From Candidatus Saccharimonadota bacterium (GTDB taxonomy: Bacteria; Patescibacteriota; Microgenomatia; UBA1406; GWC2-37-13): a stretch of 32,000 nucleotides of DNA. The stretch lies in assembly GCA_016432445.1 (NCBI GenBank), contig CP066689.1, positions 300,001-332,000 of the forward strand, read 5' to 3'. Below, piece by piece: positions 30,921 to 32,000 of this stretch. A program made the translations under genes and the position numbers. Numbering within the stretch: the stretch's first letter is position 1; each line of letters begins with the position of its first letter. The notes beneath the pieces were generated by a model, which searched no databases, was not told the DNA's origin, and saw only the letters and a program-made list of their open reading frames with translations.

Positions 30921-31046
30921 GTAAATCCAAATGTCAAAATCCAAATTACAAATCAAATTTAAAATCCTAATTTCAAACATTTATTCAACATTTCTCATTT
31001 GGACTTGGGATTTGATTTGACATTTGAGCTTTGTCATTTAGTTTTA
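30921..31046. repeat. A/T-rich 7-nt-periodic inverted repeat tract
   Basis: AAATCCA AATGTCA AAATCCA AATTACA AATCAAA on the left and ATTTGGA CTTGGGA TTTGATT TGACATT TGAGCTT TGTCATT on the right. CAAATGTCAAA pairs with TTTGACATTTG. Confidence 0.55.
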
Positions 31047-32000
31047 TTATACTAGGCCTGTGCCGCGGAAGATTTTGGGTTTGAGCCAGTCTTGAGGAGA
31101 TTCTTTGGTTTCTTTTTGAGCTTCTTGTTCGACATCTTCTATTGGTTTGATTTGTTGATCAGGTTTCCATCCGAAAGATGGTTTACTTTGAGGTAAATTA
31201 GGTTTTTTTTGAGGATTTAAGGGCTGATCCGCTGGCCCATTCGGGTCTGAGCCCCTCATGGTCGAAGACTGGCGGAAAGGCTGATTTTGAACAGGATTTG
31301 GTTTTTTTATTTGTTTCTTTACAGCACCAAGTTTCAAAAGGGCAGCTGCGGCTTCAAAAGTATCGGCATTAACAGAATAAGATGTAAAACCGTTGGTTGC
31401 GATCACTAAACCTGAATAAAGGTTAGTTGACATATCTCTATCTATTTCACTACCGATATCTTTTAACAGTCGAAGTACAAGTTCTGATGTTGATGAACTG
31501 GTTTTATTAACTATATTGACAGTACCGTAAAAATCATTTACCAGATGACGGTCAATATTAATTATTGTTTTTCCTTGAAACTGAGCTTTATTTTCCTGAT
31601 AAACTTTTCCTAAACTGTTTAAATTTGGGGAATCAATAGTAATAATGAAGTCAAGAATGCCTCCTGTATACGAGTAGCTTACTTTAGTTGGATCAAGTTT
31701 TGGATTATCAGCGCGAGGTGAGATAATGAGGTTAAAAGTCTCTCCCTGAATATTGTAATCCACTTTGTCAATTGATCCTTCAACATAGGGAAATGAGATA
31801 ACAAGATTGTCCCCTGAGGTTATAATTTCCTGATGGATTTTATCTGCGGCAATAACATCACTTTTTGGGGTAACTTCGCAGGATAAAGATATGGTTTTTC
31901 CAAGCTTAGTTAAGGCTAAATATAAGGTGCAGGCGGCGGCTACGGCGTCTTGGGAAGGATTTACAGGTAAAACTATAGCGCCTGAGGTGCCTTTTTGGAT
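31047..32000 (-). CDS. DHH-domain (NrnA-like) protein with degenerate motifs and a Pro/Gln-rich tail; 5' end outside the window
   Basis: The frame stays open upstream of the GTG at 31763 to the window edge (..IVLPVNPSQDAVAAACTLYLALTKLGK..). INIDRH replaces DHH. There is no DHHA1 domain; instead a P/Q/K-rich C-terminal tail of about 90 aa. Confidence 0.65.
   Translation of the reverse strand: MQKGTSGAIVLPVNPSQDAVAAACTLYLALTKLGKTISLSCEVTPKSDVIAADKIHQEIITSGDNLVISFPYVEGSIDKVDYNIQGETFNLIISPRADNPKLDPTKVSYSYTGGILDFIITIDSPNLNSLGKVYQENKAQFQGKTIINIDRHLVNDFYGTVNIVNKTSSSTSELVLRLLKDIGSEIDRDMSTNLYSGLVIATNGFTSYSVNADTFEAAAALLKLGAVKKQIKKPNPVQNQPFRQSSTMRGSDPNGPADQPLNPQKKPNLPQSKPSFGWKPDQQIKPIEDVEQEAQKETKESPQDWLKPKIFRGTGLV

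Overview
Visibly AT-rich, gene-dense bacterial chromosome segment with short genes, 4-nt ATGA/TTAA gene overlaps and many small hypothetical or membrane proteins. Gene content and protein sequences suggest a reduced-genome Patescibacteria/CPR (Microgenomates-like) organism; this is inference only. Recognisable core genes are groES-groEL, aspS, recJ, rmuC, an S11-type D-Ala-D-Ala carboxypeptidase, a CNNM/HlyC-type membrane protein, a YkuK-like protein and a Lon-like AAA+ ATPase without N or protease domains. Six tRNA genes sit in three small clusters (Ile-UAU, Phe-GAA, Gly-GCC; Ser-UGA, Cys-GCA; Tyr-GUA). There are three small GIY-YIG nuclease genes, three to four Nudix genes, one decayed APH-type kinase pseudogene and one Nudix gene split by an in-frame TAA. 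I saw no rRNA, CRISPR array, integrase/transposase or sign of a non-standard code. Points worth a second look: (1) a tRNA-Gly-derived structured element with a 76-nt T-loop insertion next to the real tRNA-Gly; (2) every GIY-YIG gene lies directly downstream of a tRNA on the same strand; (3) unusual tRNAs (Ile with a UAU anticodon, Tyr with C1-G72 plus a long variable arm); (4) a translationally coupled GNAT-Nudix-radical SAM-unknown operon converging on a cysteine-peptidase-like plus degenerate thymidylate-kinase-like pair; (5) several families of intergenic repeats, namely 7-nt-periodic arrays that begin at stop codons, GTAGGGAC-type palindromes with variable cores, and GAGCGAAGC-core elements; (6) a Met-rich/Cys-rich putative metal-handling trio; (7) a bacterial-type AspRS lacking the insertion (GAD) domain. 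All folds, motifs and family assignments were made by eye from the sequence and from memory of the families. None has been checked by a search.
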